From the sequence record OQ411014.1: a DNA stretch of 64,000 bases; one strand, written 5' to 3'. A program made the translations under genes and the position numbers. Shown here one piece after another: positions 49,257-58,018 of this stretch. Numbering within the stretch: the first letter of the stretch is position 1; the number at the start of each line of letters is the position of its first letter. A model generated the notes under the pieces. It was not told the DNA's origin, ran no database searches, and saw only the letters and a list, made by a program, of their open reading frames with translations.

Positions 49257-50387
49257 TTAATTTAATAATGCCCCTGGCAAATCCACTTTGACGAATTGTG
49301 CATATGCTGTGGAATTTTGATCAAAGTTTGGTCCCAATCCATAAAATGAGCTAATGCCGTCTTCATTTGTGTATATGATATAAACGTTCTTTACATCATT
49401 TCCGCATATAAATCGAATGTCTTTCGTTTGTGTTCCCGCTGGAACATTACGAAGGCTCACAACGCCATTACTTGCATTGTTATCAGCCGACGCAATTGGT
49501 AATTGATTTTGACCATATTGACCACGCATATTTTTTGCATCTAAACCAAACACAGTATTTGATACCGCACCAACTTTCAAAAATGAACCAAAACTATCAT
49601 TGAATGACTTTGGAAATGTACCACTATAAACACTTCTCCCATCTGATAATACCGCTGAACTGAATTTCCCGCTATTCGATATGGCAAATTCATTGTAAGG
49701 AAGTGTACCCATTTTGGTATATACAGAATATGAATTAGTGGAAGTATTATCAATAATCTTATTACCATTATATCCAATACCATACTGGTATCCGTCTGCA
49801 TCTTGAACTATACACAAAGGACCACTTGGGGTTTGTGTCAACGAAACAACACGTTCAACTTGTATATCACCAAATGTATTTCTTCGCCATGTTCTATCTA
49901 TTATAGTACTAGTATTACCCAAAGATAATGCCACACTATATAATAGATTGTTTTCAGTAAAAATGGCAACATAATATGCGTGGTTAATAACTTGCTTCAT
50001 CCCAGCATCAATAACTTCCTGTGGAATATGATCAGTAACATCCAACCAATCAAGGTTAGATGATGCAATATCTGGAGTACTGAATTTGTCAAATCTAGTT
50101 GAGCCACAAACTAGCACTCTATCATCATTTGTCAAAGCCACTGTGCTAGTCTGCATATTAGAACTGAATGATTTAACATTACTAATGTTAGACTTGTACC
50201 AACCCTTATCAGCAGCACCCACCGTGAATCCGGTTCCCATTGATCCACTTGTACTTGTACCATAAGCCCACATCTCACCACTATATGTTAGTGCCATACA
50301 GTGGCTTCCATTTGCTTGGAAATCCTTTATACCAGTGGGAGCAGCCACTGTATTCCCATAATTAAACATTCTAACAAAAGGTAACAT
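49257..50387 (-). CDS. Beta-propeller protein, MLPF tag (1)
   Basis: MLPFVRMFNYGN; GEMWAYGTSTSGSMGTG. Confidence 0.8.
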   Translation of the reverse strand: MLPFVRMFNYGNTVAAPTGIKDFQANGSHCMALTYSGEMWAYGTSTSGSMGTGFTVGAADKGWYKSNISNVKSFSSNMQTSTVALTNDDRVLVCGSTRFDKFSTPDIASSNLDWLDVTDHIPQEVIDAGMKQVINHAYYVAIFTENNLLYSVALSLGNTSTIIDRTWRRNTFGDIQVERVVSLTQTPSGPLCIVQDADGYQYGIGYNGNKIIDNTSTNSYSVYTKMGTLPYNEFAISNSGKFSSAVLSDGRSVYSGTFPKSFNDSFGSFLKVGAVSNTVFGLDAKNMRGQYGQNQLPIASADNNASNGVVSLRNVPAGTQTKDIRFICGNDVKNVYIIYTNEDGISSFYGLGPNFDQNSTAYAQFVKVDLPGALLN

Positions 50388-50501
50388 AATAATCATCCCT
50401 ATACAATAAAATTATATAGTATTTACCAAAACAACTATTGACAACACAATAGCAGTACTGTATAGTATAGCAATAAAATTCCCACATAAAGGCCCAACAA
50501 C

Positions 50502-51194
50502 ATGAAACTCTCTAAACTACAAAAGCACTACAATTCAGTACTGAAAGCTACTAAAGCAGCTAATACACTACTATTCAATGAACCCCCAAAAAATATATTC
50601 AAACATATACCCAAAATGTATATAACAAAATCCCCAAATAAAATCCTTAAAAAGATTTCACAAAAATATAACATAACAATTGCTCACGTAGGTAAGTCCA
50701 AATCAAACCATAAACTATCATTCAGTACTAAAGCTAATGAAAGAACTACATTCATAGAATTTTCACTGTACAATATCCCGTGCGTTCTTTGGATCTCACC
50801 AGCAGTATACTTCGATGCTACATCTAAAGTGCATATAAACAATTCGTACAAAAACTTATTCTCATTCAATAATATCGACGACACACAACAACCAAGAGTC
50901 TCACTAGCAAATTCCGGCGATTCATACTTATCAGATAAAATACAAAACTCTAAACTAATCGTAACTACACCTAATAAAGAACTACAAAAAGTACTAGCTA
51001 AAAATCTGCACACAACCTATAAGAACTATACAGAAGAAGAAATCTTCCAACAATCTCTAGTACTACCTAATGCAGAACTCTATATAGCAGCACAAAACAT
51101 AAACATAAAAATAGCAGAACTAATCTCTAATAACAACTGTACTATAAAAGATATTATATACACTATAGCTAATGAAACTATTCATAACATATAA
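50502..51194 (+). CDS. Hypothetical protein, LTEAELF family
   Basis: MKLSKLQKHY like 32055; KELQKVLAKNL...YTEEEIFQQSLVLPNAELY like 32672; TTGACA-17-TATAGT promoter at 50438-50466. Confidence 0.8.
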   Translation: MKLSKLQKHYNSVLKATKAANTLLFNEPPKNIFKHIPKMYITKSPNKILKKISQKYNITIAHVGKSKSNHKLSFSTKANERTTFIEFSLYNIPCVLWISPAVYFDATSKVHINNSYKNLFSFNNIDDTQQPRVSLANSGDSYLSDKIQNSKLIVTTPNKELQKVLAKNLHTTYKNYTEEEIFQQSLVLPNAELYIAAQNINIKIAELISNNNCTIKDIIYTIANETIHNI

Positions 51195-51410
51195 AAGTAT
51201 ATAGGAAGAGAATACTATATAGATATCTATACTATTACTATAGGGAGAGAAAACTATATAGGCTATACTTCAGTACTATACTATATAGGAACAGAAAACA
51301 CAGTAAGAACAGTAAGAACAGTAAGCACTATTACAGTACTATAAGCACTAAGGGTGTTTGCTCCGTAGAGAGAACGTTCTCCTATATAGGGGGATGGCCT
51401 TTAGATAATC

Positions 51411-51457
51411 CCCCTGGACAAAACGTTATCGAACGGATTCAACACCCCGTCCAGGGG
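51411..51457. repeat. Inverted repeat
   Basis: CCCCTGGAC ... GTCCAGGGG, 9-bp arms. Confidence 0.7.
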
Positions 51458-51756
51458 GCATTTATTAATATACAGTCCTAGATGAATTAATATAAAAAGT
51501 ACGATATAACATTACATACACGATGGCAGTACTAGAGTTCATGGGACGATTGTGTATAAGACTTCAGTACTATAGACAATACTTCAGTACTGACCCCCTT
51601 GCACTATATCTTCTTAGTACGTAAGAGTACAAGAAGTATTTTTCAGAGCCTGTACTTTTTTGTCAAAGCCTTTCCCTTCCCCAGCGTAAAAGTACTTTTC
51701 AGTACTGTCAAAATTACCTTCCACCCTCCAGCAAAAAGTTGGTTAGTACTCCATCC

Positions 51757-51847
51757 TAAATCCCGATCCTAAAAATTTTGGAGTACCAACGAAATTAAAT
51801 CCCGATCCTAAAAATTTTGGAGTACCAACGAAATTAAATCCCGATCA
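51757..51847. repeat. Tandem direct repeat, 39-bp unit x ~2.3
   Basis: TCCCGATC recurs at 51761, 51800 and 51839; unit AAATCCCGATCCTAAAAATTTTGGAGTACCAACGAAATT. Confidence 0.9.
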
Positions 51848-51971
51848 TCAAAAGTTCAAATTTACCTTGACGTGTTCATGATTTCTCTCTATAGTACTGG
51901 CTAATGTTCAGTACTGAATGATGTTTTTCACTATAGGGTAAATTAATCTCCTATATAGTAGAAATTAGGGC

Positions 51972-51999
51972 TTGACTAAATCTTTCAGTACTGTATAAT
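51972..51999 (+). promoter_or_regulatory. Sigma70 promoter with no ORF downstream
   Basis: TTGACT-16-TATAAT, AGTACT in the spacer. Confidence 0.75.
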
Positions 52000-52004
52000 G
52001 ATTT

Positions 52005-52210
52005 GCATAGGGAGAGAAATCACCGCAAAAGATTTTGAACCTTATGCCTCCTGTCGTGAGACAGTACCGAAGAGATTGACCCTCCTATGCTGGTGGTCAT
52101 CTTGGACAACTAGTTTTCTCTATTCATCCTAAACAGTACTGTTACATCCCTCTGAGCAATCAGGTGACAGTACTGATATTAATCCACCAGCGTCGTTCTA
52201 ACGATGCTAA
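52005..52210 (+). ncRNA. Candidate structured ncRNA
   Basis: CTGTC-GTGA-GACAG, AGAT-GACC/GGTC-ATCT and GCGTCGT-TCTA-ACGATGC stems behind the promoter. Confidence 0.4.
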
Positions 52211-52364
52211 TGATAAACAACGTATATAGTACTACATGATAGTCTTTGTATCTTCTGGGTGAGTTATGAGGGTTATGATGGCAGTACTGTATACACTCCT
52301 ATTAAGAAGTTACAGATACACTAAGGGCGTACTATGGGTAAATTTTGGGCGTACTTGTGCTAGG

Positions 52365-52576
52365 AAGGATTTAGCCGTAGAGACACCTAGACCTCCAGAC
52401 TCCTGGATGGATAGATGGATTTCCATCTAGACGGCTAAACGGCTAGATTGCTGGATGGATAGATGGCTAGCCATTTAGACGGCTAAACGGCTAAACGTCC
52501 GAACGTCTAGAAGTCTGGCGGTATGGATGGCTAAACGTCTGGACTGATAAACGTCTAACCATCTGGACGGCTAAAA
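52365..52576. repeat. Degenerate short-unit repeat tract
   Basis: Interspersed GACGGCTAA, AACGGCTAA, AACGTCTAG and GGATGGATAG units; CTGGATGGATAGATGG...TAGACGGCTAAACGGCTA occurs twice. Confidence 0.8.
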
Positions 52577-52739
52577 ATCATTAGTGTCATTTTCAAGCAT
52601 TGGCTAGCCTACCGCGTCGGGGTAAATTCCCCAGCAGTATCGAACGTTAGATTTTTCTGAATCTGGAATCATTATCTTATAAACTGGGGGCAATGTCAAC
52701 GGCCTGGACGGATATTTTTAAAATTTTTTTCAGTACTGA

Positions 52740-52824
52740 ATTTTGGGCGTAACTATGCACCCGGTGGGCTTGAGTCTTTCTCGACTTGATGGAACTATTA
52801 TACAGTACTGAATTTTTAAAGCAA
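52740..52824 (-). ncRNA. Two-hairpin sRNA family, copy with promoter
   Basis: TTGCTT-16-TATAAT; GUC-GAGAAA-GAC hairpin; CCCACCGGGUGCAU core at 52755-52768. Confidence 0.55.
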
Positions 52825-52969
52825 TACCATAAACGCAAAAAGTTTTAATTAATTTGCTTGCTATCCTGGGCCGGACTATGGTACTATATTTCAGTACTGA
52901 GAAAGTGCGTTTACCTGCTAGGGTGCGGGAGTGTATCCTTTTTTTATATCTTGAATTTTGGGCGTAATT

Positions 52970-53039
52970 CCGCACCCTCTGGGGTTTCCGCTTTCTCGCG
53001 TCTATGTAGTAATTATACGCTTTTTCAGGATCAAGTCAA
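52970..53039 (-). ncRNA. Two-hairpin sRNA family, variant copy with promoter
   Basis: TTGACT-16-TATAAT; CGC-GAGAAA-GCG hairpin; ACCC-CAGA-GGGUGC. Confidence 0.55.
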
Positions 53040-53381
53040 TACCTAAAAACAAAATAATTGAAAATAATTTAACGCGTTTAAACGACCCGTAAAGCCCTGG
53101 AATGGTTGGAATGGTGCAAATGTATAGCTTAGGGGTAATAATGCGTTAGAATGCGTCTGAGGCCGTTTTACGGGGTATAGGGATGATTTAGTGGATTGAT
53201 TCAGTACTGAATGATAGTTCCCCTGGATGGTTGCAGTACTGAATAATAGTTCCCCTATATAGAAAGAAAACTATTTTAAAAGTATTTGTAGAAAGTACTT
53301 GCACCGTACTGATAAAAGCGTATAATGTTTTACATCGAGAGCGGGAACACTTCCCGCTACACTTTAAAAGAGATTAAAACG

Positions 53382-53744
53382 ATGGCAACTCAAATCACCA
53401 AAATTATTGCTAACCTGGTTAACTTCCGCGACGAGATGAAAGATCTTCCGGCGGCGACGGTTAAAACTCACATTGACGCATACCGCGAACTGATTAAAAT
53501 GCTGCCGCTTAAGCGTGAACAATACGCCGCCACCGTGATGCTTGATGCGATGATCCATAAGATGATCGCCAGTGATTTGACGATGGTTTATCAGTACATG
53601 GGCGAAAAATTCTCGGTGTATAGTAAACCAGTCCCAGGCATGGCAACAACTGAGGAATTGCACTGCCTTAACTTAAAGCAAGATGCATGGGATAATATGC
53701 CGCGTTTCATGGTATGGGTAGAAAGTGGTAAAATTTACGAATAA
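53382..53744 (+). CDS. Early hypothetical protein
   Basis: True start MATQIT; the MFYIESGN extension is promoter sequence. Confidence 0.8.
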   Translation: MATQITKIIANLVNFRDEMKDLPAATVKTHIDAYRELIKMLPLKREQYAATVMLDAMIHKMIASDLTMVYQYMGEKFSVYSKPVPGMATTEELHCLNLKQDAWDNMPRFMVWVESGKIYE

Positions 53745-53839
53745 GTTAAAAATTAGTTTGACAGTACTGAATAAAAGCGTATAATGTTTTATATCGAGAG
53801 CGGGAAGAGTTCCCGCCTCCATTAAAGAGGAATTAAAAA

Positions 53840-54064
53840 ATGACTACTAAAACTTTCAACGGCCATAAAAACTACAACCATTGGAATGTTAGCCTTTGGA
53901 TCAATAACGATGAATCACTGTACCAATTGGCCCTGGAATGTATTAAAAGCACCAACACGCGAGATAAAGCGGTTGAGCGGATGTTACGCCTTTTAGGTAC
54001 TCACACGCCTGATGGGGCACGTTATAGCAAATCAAGCGTTCGTGCGGCAATGGTTGGAATGTAA
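53840..54064 (+). CDS. Early protein, paralog of 56336-56575
   Basis: NGHKNYNHWNVSLWINNDESLY...TPDG..YS...RAAMVGM. Confidence 0.85.
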   Translation: MTTKTFNGHKNYNHWNVSLWINNDESLYQLALECIKSTNTRDKAVERMLRLLGTHTPDGARYSKSSVRAAMVGM

Positions 54065-54157
54065 TAGAATATATTTAAAGTACTATCATTCTATGCGATA
54101 GTACTTTATAATAGTGTTCTAACATACAGTACTCACTTAACTAATAGGATGTATACC

Positions 54158-54535
54158 ATGATCATTAAATTCTACGCTACCCGTGAAATCGCTCGCATCG
54201 TTGCCCGTACCGAAGGAGAAACCTTTAAAGATATGGGAACGAGTGCTGAGAAGGGTAAACGCTGGGCGGTACAGTTCAAAGAATTATCAGATATTATTAA
54301 TTCACCTGAGCCAGTACTGACAGCGGCAGAACAAGCGAAAGCCAATGAGCTGGCGGATCTTCTGAATGGTGTCAATGTGAACGTTAAAGTTAATGCGGCG
54401 GCCTGGTCACATGCTGATGCACTGGCAGCTTTAAAAAGTCCTGATAGTGTATCTCGTCGAGTGGTAGAAATAAAGCACGACCGCAAGGGCAACCGCGTTA
54501 CAGTATACAGTAAGCGTAAAATTGCAGTACTGTAA
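54158..54535 (+). CDS. Early hypothetical protein
   Basis: Start at MIIKF after AGGAT RBS. Confidence 0.75.
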   Translation: MIIKFYATREIARIVARTEGETFKDMGTSAEKGKRWAVQFKELSDIINSPEPVLTAAEQAKANELADLLNGVNVNVKVNAAAWSHADALAALKSPDSVSRRVVEIKHDRKGNRVTVYSKRKIAVL

Positions 54536-54633
54536 TAATTCAAAAAAGTACTTGCACAGTACTGAATAAAGCGTATAATGTTTTATATCGAGAGCGGGAA
54601 GAGTTCCCGCCTCCACTTAAGAGGAATTAAAAA

Positions 54634-54864
54634 ATGACTACTATGTATATGATCGAAGTTAAAACCGTAAAAGATACGACCACGAATAAAACTACTTACT
54701 TACAGCGGATCTGCGGTGTCTGGCAACGTATCAGCAAATCAAAGTACTTTAAATTAACATCATATGCAAATCGTTCGGATTCATTCAGTACTGAAATAAA
54801 AGGTAATAAAGTACACCAATACGGCACTTATTATTATTACAGCCTGGACGCGATTGCAGTATAA
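54634..54864 (+). CDS. Early hypothetical protein
   Basis: Own promoter, stem and GAGGA RBS. Confidence 0.8.
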   Translation: MTTMYMIEVKTVKDTTTNKTTYLQRICGVWQRISKSKYFKLTSYANRSDSFSTEIKGNKVHQYGTYYYYSLDAIAV

Positions 54865-54897
54865 TCATATTTTTTGAAAAATTTACAATTGCCGGTA

Positions 54898-54976
54898 TTG
54901 ACTTATTTTGTCAGTACTGGCATAATGTATTCATTGGCAGATAAGCCGTAGCCCATAGGGTGCGGAGATGTATCTA
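54898..54976 (+). ncRNA. Two-hairpin sRNA family, variant copy with promoter
   Basis: TTGACT-17-CATAAT; GGC-AGAUAA-GCC hairpin; GCCC-AUA-GGGUGC; converges on the next copy. Confidence 0.55.
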
Positions 54977-54994
54977 TAGAAAAAGTAGTTTAGT

Positions 54995-55077
54995 ATAGTT
55001 ACAGTTATGCACCCGGTGGGTTAGTGACTTTCTCGTCTTTATGTAGCTATTATGCCAGTACTGGATAGTGCTGTCAA
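54995..55077 (-). ncRNA. Two-hairpin sRNA family, copy with promoter
   Basis: TTGACA-17-CATAAT; GAC-GAGAAA-GUC hairpin; core at 55007-55020. Confidence 0.6.
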
Positions 55078-55156
55078 TACTTTTTTCTATTCAGTACTGA
55101 AAAAGTATTTGTAGAAAGTACTTGCATAGTACTGAATAAAGCGTATAATGTTTTAT

Positions 55157-55223
55157 ATCAGGACGGGGAAGAGATTCACTGTTAAGTAGTCTAGGTGTAA
55201 GACGTATGAAAAACACCCCTGAT
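55157..55223 (+). ncRNA. Pseudoknot sRNA family, copy B
   Basis: Own promoter 55122-55149; AUCAGG/CCUGAU closing stem; GGUG/CACC pairing. Confidence 0.65.
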
Positions 55224-55324
55224 AAAAGAATTAAAAAGTACTAGACAGTAAGAAATAAAAAGCGTATAATGTTTTACATCGAGTAGGGGGAATGGTTCTC
55301 CTACCTAAATTAAGGAATTACAAA

Positions 55325-55924
55325 ATGAATACTATCGTTAAATCTTTCGCAGACCTGGACGCAGAACAGAAGATCGCAGCGGTTGAAATGTATACAGACC
55401 GTGAAAAAGATAGCTCGGAAGATTTCTTTTCCGAAGGTGTAGTGGAATATTACCGTGAAACGGTACTACCTGAATACGGCATAGATGAAGCTGAATTGCA
55501 ATACAGTGGTTTTTGGTCGCAAGGTGACGGTGCATCAATCAGTACTGACAGCGTGGACGCGGAGAAGTTTTTACGCAAGATTAAAGCGTTAACGAAATAT
55601 CGTTCTATCCGTCACTTGTTGAATGAAGATGATTTGGCAATGAGTGTAGAACGTTCACACTCTCGCTACGCACACGAAAACACGGTAAGCGGATACATTG
55701 AAACGGCGTACACTGATTTAACTGTAAAACAAGCGGCACTTGCTGATGACCTGGAAAACGTACTGACCGAAACTATCCGCGAATTGTCTTGTGAACTGTA
55801 CCGTGAACTTGAGAAGGCTTATGATGATTATTACAGTACTGAAAGCATGGTTAATCAAATCGAGGGTAATGGTTACCAGTTTGAAGTAAACGAAGATGGC
55901 GACGTGGTAGGGATTGAATACTAA
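55325..55924 (+). CDS. Acidic early protein with YSGFWSQGDGAS motif
   Basis: True start MNTIVK; D/E-rich; motif recalled from phage and plasmid proteins of unclear function. Confidence 0.8.
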   Translation: MNTIVKSFADLDAEQKIAAVEMYTDREKDSSEDFFSEGVVEYYRETVLPEYGIDEAELQYSGFWSQGDGASISTDSVDAEKFLRKIKALTKYRSIRHLLNEDDLAMSVERSHSRYAHENTVSGYIETAYTDLTVKQAALADDLENVLTETIRELSCELYRELEKAYDDYYSTESMVNQIEGNGYQFEVNEDGDVVGIEY

Positions 55925-56017
55925 AAAAGTACTTGCATAGTACTGAATAAGGCGTATAATGTTTTATATCGAGAGCGGGAACACTTCCCGCCTCACATTA
56001 AGAGGAATTAAAAAAAA

Positions 56018-56251
56018 ATGAGTACTATCTTAACCGTTTCTCAATCTGTTGCCCTGGCTGACTTGTTGAACGCTTTAAGCCGTTGTACTGAGGTTGGCTT
56101 GTTTGATGTGGTTGACGTTGCCCCTGATGTTATCAATCATTTTTGTGATGCAATGGCTGAATGCCAGGAAGATGATCGCCGTATGATGGCGGTAAACTTT
56201 GCGGAAGTCCAGCCGGGAGAGTTAAAAGGTTTACCGGAAGTTAAAAATTAG
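56018..56251 (+). CDS. Early hypothetical protein
   Basis: Own promoter and GAGGA RBS. Confidence 0.8.
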   Translation: MSTILTVSQSVALADLLNALSRCTEVGLFDVVDVAPDVINHFCDAMAECQEDDRRMMAVNFAEVQPGELKGLPEVKN

Positions 56252-56335
56252 TTTGACAGTACTATCAAATAGTGTATAATGTTTTATATCGAGAGCGGGA
56301 ATGGTTCCCGCCTCCAATTAAGAGAGATTAATATC

Positions 56336-56575
56336 ATGGCAACTACTAAAACTTACAACGGTTACAAAAACAAAACTCATTGGAACGTTTCTTTGTGGAT
56401 CAATAACGATGAATCATTGTACCGCCTGGCGAAAGAGTTTATCGACGATAACGCTAATCGTGAAGATGCAGCCCGTCAGATGATGCTCTTTCTGGAACAA
56501 ACTGGACAAGATAAAACACCGGACGGCTTTAAGTATAGTACTACTGCGATCCGTGCGGCAATGGTTGGAATGTAA
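56336..56575 (+). CDS. Early protein, paralog of 53840-54064
   Basis: NGYKNKTHWNVSLWINNDESLY...RAAMVGM. Confidence 0.85.
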   Translation: MATTKTYNGYKNKTHWNVSLWINNDESLYRLAKEFIDDNANREDAARQMMLFLEQTGQDKTPDGFKYSTTAIRAAMVGM

Positions 56576-56664
56576 AAAAAAGAGTAGACAGTACTGAATA
56601 AAAGCGTATAATGTTTTATATCGAGAGCGGGAATGGTTCCCGCTACTAACCTGGAGTAATTGCA

Positions 56665-56850
56665 ATGCTGAATATTTTAATCGTTGATGAACATGGTAAA
56701 GAACTGGAATCATTTGAGTCTATGATCAATCCAATTGGTTCAAAGACTATCACTACTAATCTGGCTGTTTATGAATGTAATGAGTTTTCTGTTGACTTTA
56801 AACGCAATGAGATTGTAGTACACGTTCAAAATGATTTTATGAAATTTTAA
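56665..56850 (+). CDS. Early hypothetical protein
   Basis: Own promoter; GGAG RBS. Confidence 0.75.
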   Translation: MLNILIVDEHGKELESFESMINPIGSKTITTNLAVYECNEFSVDFKRNEIVVHVQNDFMKF

Positions 56851-56939
56851 AATAGTACTTGCATAGTACTGAATAAGGCGTATAATGTTTTATATCGAGA
56901 GCGGGAATGGTTCCCGCCTCACTATTAAGGAATACTACA

Positions 56940-57161
56940 ATGGCTAATATCACTACTCTTTCCCAACTTGAAGCACTGGTTAAATCTATGCGTGACCATG
57001 CCAATAGTATTGGTGTACAAGATCCGGCGGTATGTTTTTGTGACGAATTGAATGATGATACTTTAATCATTGCAGAAGTCCAGGACGTTTCCAACTATTC
57101 ATCGCGTTACACTGGCGACGTAGCAAATAAAGGTGACTTCTGTTTATACCTTACAAAATAA
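56940..57161 (+). CDS. Early hypothetical protein
   Basis: True start MANITT after AAGGA. Confidence 0.8.
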   Translation: MANITTLSQLEALVKSMRDHANSIGVQDPAVCFCDELNDDTLIIAEVQDVSNYSSRYTGDVANKGDFCLYLTK

Positions 57162-57211
57162 TAACAACGGGGATAATAACTCCCCGTTACTTTTTCAGTA
57201 CTGAATCATTT

Positions 57212-57295
57212 AATAGACGGATCTATGCACCCGGTGGGTTAGTGACTTTCTCGTCTTTATGTAGCTATTATGCCAGTACTGGATTGTATTGTCAA
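57212..57295 (-). ncRNA. Two-hairpin sRNA family, copy with promoter
   Basis: About 60 bp identical to the 55007 copy; TTGACA-17-CATAAT; core at 57225-57238. Confidence 0.6.
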
Positions 57296-57418
57296 GCATT
57301 TAAAGTACATTTATTTTAAAAAGAATATGAAGAAAGTACTATACACGGCTGAATAAAAGCGTATAATGTTTTGCATAGGGGGAAACAACTTCCCCCACTA
57401 ATTAAGAGAGAAATAAAA

Positions 57419-57625
57419 ATGGCTAAATGTACTATTTGTAATAAAGCAATTGTGCTAGTTCCTTCCGCTAGTGAACGTGCTAAACGTTATGGTGGCAAAG
57501 CGTCAGACTATACAAAAATGTTCACTACTCATACTGAATGTGCTATTAAAAAACGTTCAGAAGAAAGCACTGAATTAATGCGTCGAATTGTCGCGGAATC
57601 AAAAGCTAAAAAAGTACTTGCATAA
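57419..57625 (+). CDS. Early protein with possible Zn site (CxxC...HxxC)
   Basis: True start MAKCTIC; later HTEC. Confidence 0.75.
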   Translation: MAKCTICNKAIVLVPSASERAKRYGGKASDYTKMFTTHTECAIKKRSEESTELMRRIVAESKAKKVLA

Positions 57626-57693
57626 CTTATTCAGTACTGTACAATGTTTTTCAAAGGGGGAACAACTTCCCCCGCTAATTAAGGAATAAGAAA

Positions 57694-57930
57694 ATGGCTG
57701 AACAAATTAAATCAACGTCTTCGAATGTGACGGGTACTGTAGCTCACTTTATCGGTGATGAATCGCGTGGTGTTCCCTATTGTGCGGTGCATGTAAACAC
57801 TGAGGGTAACTACTGGTTTACAGTTTACGGATCATATTCATTTGGACGACCTGGACACCAAAAAATCCTGGATAAAGTACAACCAACGGGTAAAAATATC
57901 ACTGCTGAAATGTTTTATAAAAAATCATAA
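57694..57930 (+). CDS. Early hypothetical protein
   Basis: Own promoter; AAGGA RBS. Confidence 0.8.
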   Translation: MAEQIKSTSSNVTGTVAHFIGDESRGVPYCAVHVNTEGNYWFTVYGSYSFGRPGHQKILDKVQPTGKNITAEMFYKKS

Positions 57931-58018
57931 AAGTACTTGCATAACTTATTCAGTACTGTACAATGTTTTATATCGAGAGCGGGGAATACTTCCTCGCCTT
58001 AACTAAAAGGATATACTA

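Noticed and set aside
33693-49801. Plus-strand ORFs overlapping the propeller genes, and short minus-strand ORFs within plus-strand operons elsewhere
   Set aside because: Antisense shadows without RBS or promoter, overlapping well-supported genes
33386-50396. Diversity-generating retroelement acting on the propeller array
   Set aside because: No reverse transcriptase and no template/variable repeat pair with adenine-specific differences seen in this window
51237-51249. T7-promoter-like ACTATAGGGAGA
   Set aside because: Matches only the initiation part; the upstream GACTC specificity region is absent and no single-subunit RNAP gene is in the window
53325-56336. Shared N-terminal peptide MFYIESGN on ORFs at 53325 and 56279
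   Set aside because: The ATG is part of the TATAATG -10 box and the peptide is translated promoter/stem sequence; real starts follow RBSs at 53382 and 56336
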